A stretch of 64,000 nucleotides of DNA from Flavobacteriales bacterium (GCA_947463125.1 CANHQZ010000006.1:5243-69242); one strand, 5' to 3'. Shown: positions 29,864 through 39,231, counted from the stretch's first letter. Numbers and translations: made by a program. Notes: generated by a model from the letters alone, not told the origin.

Positions 29864-32800
29864 ATGAAAGGTTATATAGCCATCTTCAAAAAAATCGTGC
29901 CGGTTCTGGCCCTGCTTTTTGCAGGCAGCTATGCCTCGGCACAGTGCACCATTCAATACAGTGGTTCACTCTGTGTAGGTTCGCCTATTTCGTTTACCGG
30001 AGCGAATACAGGCACTACCCATGACTGGGATTTTAACGGTGAAAACACCTCATCAGGTCTAAAGAACCTGAACTACGCCTTTAAAACCCCTGGGGTTAAG
30101 AATATCAGGTACATCACTACCATCAATGGTTCAAAATGTACCTCAAACATTCAGCTTACCATTAAAACAAGCCCGGTGCCAAAACTGAAGCTGATAAGCC
30201 AGCCGGAGCAGTGTTTCCGCGGAAACCTTTTCTGCTTTAGCGATTCCACCAAAAACCCCAACGGATCGCCTATCCGCTCCGCGAAGTATGTAGTGGGTGA
30301 CGGTCAGTTCTTCCAGAACAGCAGTGTAATCAATCCAATTTGCTACTCTATCAAGGATGTACGCGGAGGATGTTTTGACTTATACGTAGAATATACCGAT
30401 GCCAATGGTTGTGCTGCCAGCGATACAATTACCTGTGCCGCTAAGGTGCGTGAAGCCATCGGACCGGCATTTACCAGCAACAAGCCTATAGATTGTGACT
30501 CGGTAACTGCACTTATCAGAAATATTTCTAGGATTGCCCAAAGTAAGGTAAAGACTATAACCTGGTTCTGGGGTGATGGGACTACCAGTAATCAATGGGG
30601 CCCCAACATCAGCAAAAAATACAGATCGCCAGGCATATACAATATCAAAATGATTATTGAGACCACCGATGGCTGTATTGATTCTTTTGAGATGAAGGCG
30701 GCAGCCCAGGTGCTCAAAGGAGAATATCAGATTGTGGCAGACAAAGACTCCACCTGTATTTCGGATCCCAATATTAAATTTAGCCTTTCACCACAGCCTG
30801 TGGTAGGTATATCAAGCTTCCTCTGGAATTTTGGTGATCCGCCCACTGGTCCGTTGAACTTTAACAACCGTTCGTATGCTGCCGAACACGCTTTCAGCGG
30901 CCTGGGGCCGTTCCAGATTAAGTTCAACTATGATATTGTATGTGGCGGTATTACCAGAAAAAAAGTAGCATACGACACCATATTAATTATCGGACCACAA
31001 TCCACCATTGAAATTCCATTTAACCGAATTGCTGAATTCGAGGTGTTCCAGTGCCCCAAAGATGTGCAGGACACGGTACACTTTAAAAACTTCTCCAAAT
31101 TCTATCACAATGATAAGAACATGTGGAACGATGACAGTACCTTCAAAAAGTGGACAGGCAATAACCATCCAGGACATGTATTTGATAACAATCAAACCTG
31201 GGTTAGGCCCCAAGGCTTTGTTGATCCTTTGTTCCGCCAGAGGGTTTGCGCCGTGAGAATATGGGATTTTGGAGATAATTATGCTCCAAGATGCACTACC
31301 GACCGATTGAACAACAAAAACGTAAACGTAAACTGTCAGTATAGCCACGATTCTCTTCCCACGCATTATTACAAGAGCTGGGATCTGGTAATGCTTTCCG
31401 ACTTTAAAAATGCGCCCATGGAGGATGCCATTTTTATCGAGAGCAGCAAGCTTTGTAAGCGTATCAATATTTGGCCATCTGACACCAACTTTATCATAGA
31501 AGATACATTGCTGGTGGTTCCCAAGAGTATGGCTGACAGCATTCTGGCCAACCAGCCCAAATATGCTGCAAACAAAACAAAAACCTTCCTTTGGGAAAAA
31601 GGTATCAGAGGTCCGGCAGAACGCTTTATTACCAACAATGTAGATGTTCAGTTGAAGGCTGGTGATACTGCTTTTGTTGGTCCACAAAATGGGCCGTTTA
31701 CCCGTCACATCGGTCCTAAAACATTGAGTCTGGCACCAAGACAGGTCATAAAACTGACAAGTAAAACAGATTCATTCCGGTTCCTGTTTACTGTATTCCT
31801 GAAGAAAGACACCTTGCCGGCTCCCTTGCTGCGCATTCGCACCAAGAAAGGTGAAAACCCCAGAATTGTTGGATTTATTAAGCGTACCTTCCCCGGAACA
31901 GCCGGACTGGATTACAAAGTAGATTACAAACGCTGGAGAGAACTTTATTATGCAAGAATACCCCAGTGTAACAACGTAAGACTTACCCATTATGATACCT
32001 GTCACCCCTTGAAGTGCACATCTGAATCTATTAAGCAGTTGTCCATGCTTCATGCCAATGCGGGTGGCGTCGGATCCGGTCTGGTGAAAGACGCGATAGA
32101 ATGTCTTGGCAGCAAAAACCAGCAGTATGGTATTACCTTCATCCTCAGTGATCTGAAGCCGGGTTGTACCTTCTCTTATGTTGGAATCAATTATGATACT
32201 TTCTGTAAGCCCACTACCTGGACAACCCTGACATCCGGTTTAACCCCGGGTAACAGGCCTCCCGGTATGCCTTACATGGGTTATCAGATAGCATCAAACC
32301 CTCCTTCAAGGTACTCTAAACAGTATAATGCAGCCGAGGTGTGTAATCCAAATGGTTGTATTACAGTAGGAATTATTGTTGGTAACGGTGTGGCCAAAGG
32401 CAAAACCGTAGGAGATCCTCCCTTGTGCGCAGATACGCAGTATTACGACAAGTTTGCCTGCTTCCCTGTAATCGATCCTTCGTTTGAAATAGTAACTCCT
32501 ACGCCCAATGGGGACGGTGTTCGCAAGATTTGTAAGAATGACCGCGTTGTGGTTAGGCCAATATCCAACAATAAGACCAAGACAGATGACCTTAAGAGCC
32601 TGCGTTGGCAGTTTGGTACCGGCAATGCCAGTCCATCTTACAGCAGGCAGTGGAATTATCAGATTGTAGAAGATTACCAAAGAGGAATTCGCCTGAAAGA
32701 TTCAAGTGCCACTAAAATTTACAACATTCTTATTCAAAGCCGTTTTGAAACCCGTCCTGAACCCGTTCCCTGTTCAATGGATTGGCAGGATGACTCCAGA

Positions 32801-35215
32801 AATGACCGCACAGTTGCGTGGGACGACGGAAAACATGGCGGTAAGTTGGATAAAACCCCTGACACCATTGTTACAGCCATTATCGGTAAATGGGATACCG
32901 CAGCAGACGTTTCCGCAGTTTGGGATAGAATTAAAGAGCGTGTTGAATCCCGTGGCTTTGATCCGTTTGCCCTGGACGCCGCCCAGATTACCCGAATGAT
33001 TTGGAACAACAAAGGTATCATTGGTCAGCCTGCTACCGGAGCTGAAGGTTGTATTGATACCAATGGTTTTGGACGCTTTATCCGTTTCTATTTAAGACCC
33101 GATACCAACTTTAAGAAAATAATTCACCCCAGAGACACCAATATTCGTCCTTTGGATTCTGCTGTTGTTGGCGGTAATAAATTGAAGGCATACACTTTCC
33201 GCTCGCCCTGGGCAGGTTTCCACACCGTGGAACTGAGCATGACATCAGCCAATGGAAAGTGTGACGAATTCCTTGCGCTGCCCGTAATAGTAGGTTTTGC
33301 TGCCTTCATTGAATTGCCGGACTCCACAATATGTCAGGACCAGGCCACCAATCTTAGCGCGAAACTGGATCTTCGCTATTTCCATCCGGATCCGCAAGTG
33401 GGAACATGGGATCCCTTTGATTACTGGCGCGATGCCAAACGTCAGGCGGATATCTTTGCCGGTGTTCCAGGCCGTGAATCATTCACACGCTGGGATTGGA
33501 GCAAAAAGGATGATGACCCCAATAATGCAGCTACCCGTTTCGGTGGTGCTCCTTACGGTGCAGTGGGTGTAGGTACTTTGACTTCTCCCTGGTTCCAGCT
33601 GGGTGGCGGTCCTACAGATCCTAAAACTATCTACTATAAAAATGACTCAGGGGTGTATACCTTCCGCGTAGCGGTGGGTGACTCAACCGGATGTCGTGAT
33701 ACATTGTCGCGCCGCCTGTTCATCAGCCGACTTGACGTTAACTTTGGTCTTAACCTCTCTGTTCCTTCTTGTAACTCAATCATTGAATTGTTTGACAGTA
33801 CCAAATTGTTTGATCCCTGTAACTGGGCTATCAAGAATTGCAATGGTCCTGCACCTATCGAATGTGATTTTATTCGTGAGTACTTTATCGACTGGGGCGA
33901 TGGTAAAACCAACTACTTCAGCCGCTCAAAATCTTCAGACGAACTATTGCCTCCAAGCCTGGCGCACAAGTATACACGCAATGGCTGGTTCCAAATTACC
34001 CTGTTTGCAAGAACTGACCAAGGCTGCGCAGACACCATTAAGCGTTGGCTGAAAATTCCCGGACCCCGTCCTAAGTTTGAGTATGCGGATTTTGCAGGCA
34101 ATGAAATTACCATCTGTGTTGGCAATCCGGTTCGTTTCAAGAACATGACCGACTCTGCTACGAATGGCGCTGACTGGAACTGGTTGTTTGGTGACGGTGC
34201 CGTAGCTAACAAAAAGGATACATTTATTACCCATGTGTACAACAAACCGGGCAAATACTTTGTATTCCTTGAGCAGTATGACACCCTGTTTATTCCGCCA
34301 AACCTCAAGCGTTTCTGTCCCGCAACCTATCCTGATACTGCCGGTGGTCAGAAAGCGTTTATCGTAAATGTTATCAAACGCGACACCGTGAGAGGATTTA
34401 TTGTGAAGCCTTCGATTTGTCCGAACGATTCCAATGAATTTGTTGACAATTCAGATACCATCTTCAAGTCCTACAAATGGCGGTTTGAAAATCTGAGCAC
34501 AGGTAAGGTGGATACGGTAACAGTGACTACGAAGAATTATAAACGTCAGTTTACTGTTCCCGGTCAATACAGAGTGACGCACCTGGCTGACTATGGAATA
34601 ACCCATCCCCAGCCATACTGTCCCACACCGCCTGTGATTGACACCTTCCTTGTGGATAGCGTAAAAGCGGACTTCGATATTGATTCCAGCGGCAAGCCAG
34701 ACTTCTGCTTTACCCGCACAGATGTGAATGGTACACAATGGCGCTGGGGCTTCTCGCACGCAAACGATATCAAGAACAGCCTGCCTAAAGACTTCTTTGA
34801 GCAGAATAACAGCAACGACAAGAAGGTTTGCTATTCTTATGACAGCAGCGGCAAATACTGGGTATGTCTGATTGCGAAAAACGCATCAGGATGTGTGGAT
34901 ACAATTTGTAAGCCGGTAGTTGTAGATTTGTTTATTTACCTGGCCAACGTATTTACACCCGGAAAAGCTGACGGTAAAAATGATACCTACCGTGTGCCAA
35001 TTCAGGGCCAGGATCTCTTCGAACTGAAGATCTTCAACCGCTGGGGTGAGCGCGTGTTCCAGACCGAAAATTCAAAAGTGGGTTGGAACGGACGCGTAAA
35101 TAACGACGGACCTGAAGTACCCGAAGGTACCTACTTCTATCATCTAACTTACCGATTCAAAGGCAAGCAGCAGAAGTATGTGTCCGGTTCCGTAAACCTG
35201 ATACGCGCCAATTAA
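29864..35215 (+). CDS. Giant PKD-repeat surface protein (about 1783 aa) with T9SS type-B C-terminal sorting domain
   Basis: Signal peptide MKGYIAIFKKIVPVLALLFAGSYASAQ. Repeated W(D/N)FGDG PKD blocks. C-terminus ANVFTPGKADGKNDTYRV...LKIFNRWGERVFQ...GWNGRVNNDG...GTYFYHLTY. Confidence 0.8.
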   Translation: MKGYIAIFKKIVPVLALLFAGSYASAQCTIQYSGSLCVGSPISFTGANTGTTHDWDFNGENTSSGLKNLNYAFKTPGVKNIRYITTINGSKCTSNIQLTIKTSPVPKLKLISQPEQCFRGNLFCFSDSTKNPNGSPIRSAKYVVGDGQFFQNSSVINPICYSIKDVRGGCFDLYVEYTDANGCAASDTITCAAKVREAIGPAFTSNKPIDCDSVTALIRNISRIAQSKVKTITWFWGDGTTSNQWGPNISKKYRSPGIYNIKMIIETTDGCIDSFEMKAAAQVLKGEYQIVADKDSTCISDPNIKFSLSPQPVVGISSFLWNFGDPPTGPLNFNNRSYAAEHAFSGLGPFQIKFNYDIVCGGITRKKVAYDTILIIGPQSTIEIPFNRIAEFEVFQCPKDVQDTVHFKNFSKFYHNDKNMWNDDSTFKKWTGNNHPGHVFDNNQTWVRPQGFVDPLFRQRVCAVRIWDFGDNYAPRCTTDRLNNKNVNVNCQYSHDSLPTHYYKSWDLVMLSDFKNAPMEDAIFIESSKLCKRINIWPSDTNFIIEDTLLVVPKSMADSILANQPKYAANKTKTFLWEKGIRGPAERFITNNVDVQLKAGDTAFVGPQNGPFTRHIGPKTLSLAPRQVIKLTSKTDSFRFLFTVFLKKDTLPAPLLRIRTKKGENPRIVGFIKRTFPGTAGLDYKVDYKRWRELYYARIPQCNNVRLTHYDTCHPLKCTSESIKQLSMLHANAGGVGSGLVKDAIECLGSKNQQYGITFILSDLKPGCTFSYVGINYDTFCKPTTWTTLTSGLTPGNRPPGMPYMGYQIASNPPSRYSKQYNAAEVCNPNGCITVGIIVGNGVAKGKTVGDPPLCADTQYYDKFACFPVIDPSFEIVTPTPNGDGVRKICKNDRVVVRPISNNKTKTDDLKSLRWQFGTGNASPSYSRQWNYQIVEDYQRGIRLKDSSATKIYNILIQSRFETRPEPVPCSMDWQDDSRNDRTVAWDDGKHGGKLDKTPDTIVTAIIGKWDTAADVSAVWDRIKERVESRGFDPFALDAAQITRMIWNNKGIIGQPATGAEGCIDTNGFGRFIRFYLRPDTNFKKIIHPRDTNIRPLDSAVVGGNKLKAYTFRSPWAGFHTVELSMTSANGKCDEFLALPVIVGFAAFIELPDSTICQDQATNLSAKLDLRYFHPDPQVGTWDPFDYWRDAKRQADIFAGVPGRESFTRWDWSKKDDDPNNAATRFGGAPYGAVGVGTLTSPWFQLGGGPTDPKTIYYKNDSGVYTFRVAVGDSTGCRDTLSRRLFISRLDVNFGLNLSVPSCNSIIELFDSTKLFDPCNWAIKNCNGPAPIECDFIREYFIDWGDGKTNYFSRSKSSDELLPPSLAHKYTRNGWFQITLFARTDQGCADTIKRWLKIPGPRPKFEYADFAGNEITICVGNPVRFKNMTDSATNGADWNWLFGDGAVANKKDTFITHVYNKPGKYFVFLEQYDTLFIPPNLKRFCPATYPDTAGGQKAFIVNVIKRDTVRGFIVKPSICPNDSNEFVDNSDTIFKSYKWRFENLSTGKVDTVTVTTKNYKRQFTVPGQYRVTHLADYGITHPQPYCPTPPVIDTFLVDSVKADFDIDSSGKPDFCFTRTDVNGTQWRWGFSHANDIKNSLPKDFFEQNNSNDKKVCYSYDSSGKYWVCLIAKNASGCVDTICKPVVVDLFIYLANVFTPGKADGKNDTYRVPIQGQDLFELKIFNRWGERVFQTENSKVGWNGRVNNDGPEVPEGTYFYHLTYRFKGKQQKYVSGSVNLIRAN

Positions 35216-35232
35216 TTAACTTGTCATCAAAC

Positions 35233-35263
35233 AAAAAGCCCCGGCCTTGGTCGGGGCTTTTTG
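35233..35263 (+). terminator. Rho-independent terminator after the adhesin gene
   Basis: aaaaaGCCCCGgccttggtCGGGGCttttt. It lies inside the ORF-track N-terminal extension of mnmE, which argues against that extension. Confidence 0.8.
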
Positions 35264-35267
35264 TTTG

Positions 35268-35275
35268 TACCTTTG
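35268..35275 (+). promoter_or_regulatory. Bacteroidota -7 promoter box (TAccTTTG) for mnmE
   Basis: TACCTTTG ends 5 nt before GTG 35281. Confidence 0.45.
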
Positions 35276-35280
35276 CACGG

Positions 35281-36663
35281 GTGAAAAACAGACAGGACAT
35301 CATCGCAGCAAGAGCAACTCCCGCCGGTGTGGGTGCGGTCGCGGTGGTGCGTGTGAGCGGTCCGGGTGTTTTTGAACTGGTAGACCGGTTGCTTAAAAAG
35401 CCTGTTTCAAATGCCGATAGCCACACGGCTCATTTCAGGGCATTGTGGGATGAGGACGGCTTGGTGGATGAGGCGTTGTTAACGGTTTTCAGGGCGCCTC
35501 ATGGTTATACCGGAGATGATACTGTGGAAATCAGCACACATGGCTCTCCCTATATTGTTGACAGGCTTATTCAGGCTTTGTGCAGGCAGGGTGCCAGGCC
35601 GGCAGATGCCGGTGAGTTTACCTTAAGGGCTTTCCTCAACGGCAAACTGGATTTAGCACAGGCAGAGGCTGTGGCGGATTTGATATCATCGGAGTCTGCG
35701 GCTTCGCATAAAGCAGCGCTCGGACAGTTACGGGGCGGTATTTCAGAGGAGATTTCTTTGATGCGCACACGACTGATTGATTTTGCCGCGCTCATTGAAC
35801 TGGAGCTGGATTTTAGTGAAGAAGATGTTGAATTTGCCCGTAGGGATGATTTGATAGCCCAGGTGAATGAGGCGCTGGAAAAGATACAGACACTGCTAAA
35901 AACCTTTGCACAGGGGAATGCCGTTAAAGAGGGCGTTCAGGTTGTTTTTGCCGGTAGGCCCAATGCAGGTAAGAGCACATTGTTCAATTTGCTGTTGCAG
36001 GAAGACCGGGCTATCGTGTCGGATATAGCCGGCACCACCCGTGATGCGCTGGAGGATGTGCTGTTGATAGAAGGCATGCGCTACCGCCTGATTGATACGG
36101 CCGGTATCCGTGAGGCTACCGATACCATTGAAAAGCTGGGGATAGAGCGAACCTGGCAGTATATGCAGGGAAGTGCCATGGTGTTGTACGTGGCCGACGT
36201 ATCCGATAACACTCCCTTGCAGCTCTTAGAAGATTTAAATACCCTTGCCGGCAAAGCACAGCAAGTGTGGGTGGTAGGCAATAAAACCGATCTGGTGCAG
36301 GATTGGAATAGTATTGAATGGCAAGCTGCAGCGCAGGCAGGTGGGGCTGCCGGATTTATTGGGGTGTCGGGGAAGAACCCCGAAGACAGACAGCAATTGC
36401 GGGAATATTTATACCAAAATTCGGCGTTTAAATCCGATTTAAGCGACCAGACACTGATAACCAACCAACGGCACTTTCATGCGTTTTTAAAGGCGGAGGA
36501 ATCGCTTTTGCGCGTTTTGGAGGCCATTGAGGCTGGTATATCCAAAGAGATGCTTGCTTTTGATCTGCGGGAGGCATTGGCCGCATTAGGTGAGATCACG
36601 GGTGAGATTACCACTGAGGATCTTTTGGGAAGCATATTTGGGAAGTTCTGTATCGGAAAGTGA
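35281..36663 (+). CDS. mnmE: tRNA uridine-5-carboxymethylaminomethyl modification GTPase MnmE
   Basis: DIIAARATPAGVGAVAVVRVSG N-terminus, G1 GRPNAGKST, G3 DTAGIRE, G4 NKTD, and the C-terminal FCIGK motif. GTG start inferred from the terminator and promoter just upstream. Confidence 0.9.
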   Translation: MKNRQDIIAARATPAGVGAVAVVRVSGPGVFELVDRLLKKPVSNADSHTAHFRALWDEDGLVDEALLTVFRAPHGYTGDDTVEISTHGSPYIVDRLIQALCRQGARPADAGEFTLRAFLNGKLDLAQAEAVADLISSESAASHKAALGQLRGGISEEISLMRTRLIDFAALIELELDFSEEDVEFARRDDLIAQVNEALEKIQTLLKTFAQGNAVKEGVQVVFAGRPNAGKSTLFNLLLQEDRAIVSDIAGTTRDALEDVLLIEGMRYRLIDTAGIREATDTIEKLGIERTWQYMQGSAMVLYVADVSDNTPLQLLEDLNTLAGKAQQVWVVGNKTDLVQDWNSIEWQAAAQAGGAAGFIGVSGKNPEDRQQLREYLYQNSAFKSDLSDQTLITNQRHFHAFLKAEESLLRVLEAIEAGISKEMLAFDLREALAALGEITGEITTEDLLGSIFGKFCIGK

Positions 36664-36807
36664 AGTAATTTGCCTGCAGGCGCTTACTTCATAGTCGAGC
36701 AACTTTTCAGGATCATCAAAAATTAGTGCTTTATACTCTTTTCATGCCCCTATATACCGACTTGTTTAGTCTATTGATATTGGTAAGAAAGATCCCCTTA
36801 GTATCAC

Positions 36808-36838
36808 TTTGACACTTACTCCCTTTTTCTTACATTTG
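36808..36838 (+). promoter_or_regulatory. Bacteroidota promoter (-33 TTTG / 19-nt spacer / -7 TAcaTTTG) for the amylase gene
   Basis: TTTG at 36808-36811 and TACATTTG at 36831-36838, with GTG start 5 nt downstream. Confidence 0.5.
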
Positions 36839-36843
36839 AAATC

Positions 36844-38388
36844 GTGAAACGGTTTCAGGTATTTCTGTTAATGGCTATCTGTGCTATGCCCTGCAGGTTG
36901 TTGGCACAAAATGACCTCCGCGAAGAGAGCATATACTTCCTCATCACTTCCCGCTTTTTTGATGGCGATCCCTCCAACAACCGCCCTACCGAATGGTGCA
37001 GTTGGTACAAAGGCGCTTCCAATAACATCAAAGATACCCAGGATGTTACGTGGCGCGGTGATTTCAAAGGACTGGTGCGCAAACTCGATTACATCAAAGA
37101 CCTGGGCTTCACCGCCATCTGGATTACCCCCATCGTGCAAAACCGCAGTCCGCTCGATTACCACGGCTACCACGCCTGGGATTTTAACAAAGTAGATCCC
37201 CGCCTGGAATCGCCGGGCTATACGTTCAAAACCGTGATAGACTCCGCCCACGCCAAAGGCATCAAAATCTTTTTGGATGTGGTGTTGAACCATGCAGGCC
37301 GGTATGGTGTGAAAGGCCGTGCCGAAATCAAATACAATACCGATCCCAACCAGCCTTGGGGCAAAGACAAAAACGGCAAAGCCCTGGCCGATAACCCCAA
37401 CTGGCAATACGATGGCATGACCGCCAATCCCCTGGATGGCAAAATATGGAGCCGCTCCAACCTGGCCAAAATGCCCGCACCATATAACAGCAACCTCGCT
37501 GCCTACAACTGGCCCGGCATGGAAAGCTATGTAAACACGAGCGATGGCAAGTGGTACAATAAGTCAGGAAACGGCTTTGCACAGGGCTATGACGATACTA
37601 CTAACCTCTATTACCGTGCCCTGGCAGGCGACACCCCCGATTTTCTGACCGGCGGCGACAGTGTGCGCAACTACCTGTTTCAGGCCTACAAGAAGTTCAT
37701 AGATATGGGCATTGACGGCATGCGCCTGGACGCCGTGAAGCATATGCCCAAGCGCGATGTGCTGTGGTTTGTGGATGCCTTTAAAAAGGTGAATCCCAAC
37801 CTGATGGTATTTGCCGAAGTGGCCCAGAAACGCCACGAGCTGCACCAGATTGAAGAAATCAACCCCCACTGGTACACCTGGCGGGGCAAAACAGGCAGCT
37901 CTGCCAACAGCGGCATTGCGGTACTGGATTTCTTTGCCATGGGCACCTTTCACCTGTTTGGCAAAGGCGAGGCGTTTGCCGGCGTAAAAGCCGCCGACCG
38001 TTACGATTACCTCTACGCCGATGCCGGCACCAACGTGATGTTTCTGGACAACCACGATTTTGGCCCCAACAACGACTGGAACCGCCGTTACGACGGCTCT
38101 CCGGAGAACCTGGCAGCGGCCCTGAACTTCATGTACACCTGGCGCGGACTGCCCTGCGTATATTACGGTACCGAAATGCAGTTTAAAAAAGGCGCCTACT
38201 GCGACATACACAGCGCCAACGACATCAATAACTCCATAGACCTCACCGGCAGGGCCTATTTTGGCAACGACATTGCCAATGCGCCCAACCACAAGGTATA
38301 CCAGCACCTGCGGCGGCTCAATGCCATACGCAAGGCGATACCGGCCCTGCAGAAGGGCAGCTGGCGCTGGGATGGCACCTCTGATTGA
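36844..38388 (+). CDS. GH13 alpha-amylase, catalytic portion (ORF ends at an in-frame TGA)
   Basis: Signal peptide VKRFQVFLLMAICAMPCRLLAQ. GH13 regions I-IV are DVVLNHAG, GMRLDAVKHM, VFAEVAQ and FLDNHD. Ends WRWDGTSD-TGA at 38386-38388. Confidence 0.9.
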   Translation: MKRFQVFLLMAICAMPCRLLAQNDLREESIYFLITSRFFDGDPSNNRPTEWCSWYKGASNNIKDTQDVTWRGDFKGLVRKLDYIKDLGFTAIWITPIVQNRSPLDYHGYHAWDFNKVDPRLESPGYTFKTVIDSAHAKGIKIFLDVVLNHAGRYGVKGRAEIKYNTDPNQPWGKDKNGKALADNPNWQYDGMTANPLDGKIWSRSNLAKMPAPYNSNLAAYNWPGMESYVNTSDGKWYNKSGNGFAQGYDDTTNLYYRALAGDTPDFLTGGDSVRNYLFQAYKKFIDMGIDGMRLDAVKHMPKRDVLWFVDAFKKVNPNLMVFAEVAQKRHELHQIEEINPHWYTWRGKTGSSANSGIAVLDFFAMGTFHLFGKGEAFAGVKAADRYDYLYADAGTNVMFLDNHDFGPNNDWNRRYDGSPENLAAALNFMYTWRGLPCVYYGTEMQFKKGAYCDIHSANDINNSIDLTGRAYFGNDIANAPNHKVYQHLRRLNAIRKAIPALQKGSWRWDGTSD

Positions 38389-38394
38389 AACGGC

Positions 38395-39201
38395 GTGGGC
38401 TTTGTGCGACGGTTTAATGGTACCGATGTGGCGGTGGGGCTGGCCAAAGATGGCAGCGTAAACTTCAGTTTTAGCGGGCTGAACAACGGTACCTACCGCG
38501 ATGCGGTAAGCGGAAGGGAAGTAACCGTGAGCGGTGGAACCCTCAATTTTACGGTAGAACCCAGCAGTGCGGGCATCTATGTGCTGAACGGCCCCGGCCG
38601 CATCGGCAACCCCGGTGATGGCTATTTTCAGGGTGGTAGCAATGGCGGCAGCACCCCGGCTTCTGTGGAGTATGTTCCCGTGAATCCCCTGCCAGGGCAA
38701 ACCCTGAAGGTGATATACAATGGTTTTCTGGCCTCGGAAAGCAAGGTGGTAATGCACCACAGCTGGGACAACTGGACGGTGGGTGGTATTAGCGATGCCC
38801 AGATGAGCAAGGTGAACGGCAAGTGGGAGGCCACGGTAACGGTGCCGGCCGCGGCGCGTATTAATTTTAGTGCGGCTTTCAACAACGGGGCAGTGCGCTG
38901 GGATAACAACAACAACCAGGATTACAAGACACCATTGGGCAAGCCGGCAATGGGTGTGGCAGGCGTGCAGGCGAAAGGCTTACAGGTATATCCCAATCCG
39001 TCAAACGGGCAATGGATTATAGCGGGGATGCAGGTTAAGGCGGATGCAATAATGGTGCTGGATGCGGCAGGACGCAGGGTGCCTTTTGCTCTGGATCCAC
39101 AGGGCAGGGGCTGGCTATTGCGGCTGCCCGGAGCAAGTGCCGGGGTGTATGTGTTGCACTGGGGCGAGCAGCGCATGATACTGATGAACAGGGCCGAATA
39201 A
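38395..39201 (+). CDS. Amylase domain C + starch-binding-like module + T9SS type-A sorting domain (same frame as 36844-38388, probably its detached C-terminus)
   Basis: Same reading frame as the upstream ORF, 2 codons after the TGA. GFVRRFNGTDVAVGLAKDG...IYVLNG resembles the GH13 domain-C beta-sandwich. HHSWDNW...WDNNNNQDY is CBM-like. The C-terminus LQVYPNPSNGQWII...GVYVLHW is a type-A CTD. Confidence 0.7.
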   Translation: MGFVRRFNGTDVAVGLAKDGSVNFSFSGLNNGTYRDAVSGREVTVSGGTLNFTVEPSSAGIYVLNGPGRIGNPGDGYFQGGSNGGSTPASVEYVPVNPLPGQTLKVIYNGFLASESKVVMHHSWDNWTVGGISDAQMSKVNGKWEATVTVPAAARINFSAAFNNGAVRWDNNNNQDYKTPLGKPAMGVAGVQAKGLQVYPNPSNGQWIIAGMQVKADAIMVLDAAGRRVPFALDPQGRGWLLRLPGASAGVYVLHWGEQRMILMNRAE

Positions 39202-39231
39202 CGGATTTGCATCATTATTTTTCATTCCTTT

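Noticed and set aside
35221-35280. ORF-track N-terminal extension of mnmE (also the extensions at 25215 greA, 13636 accC, 26882 holB, 5666 ald, 2287, 16319, 20128, 29744, 52502)
   Set aside because: The extensions run through terminator hairpins, promoter boxes or upstream genes, and they precede canonical protein N-termini or signal peptides. Internal starts were chosen instead.
36664-36700. Hairpin GAAGTAA-n15-TTACTTC after mnmE as a terminator
   Set aside because: The stem is AT-rich, the loop is long and no T-run follows. The evidence is too weak to call.
37564-38760. 398-aa minus-strand ORF (also 36868-37407, 179 aa) inside the amylase locus
   Set aside because: It lies entirely antisense to a gene with unmistakable GH13 motifs. 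The translation is low-complexity Gly/Ala/Val/His-rich with no motifs. Long antisense ORFs are expected from the strong GC3 bias of the sense gene.
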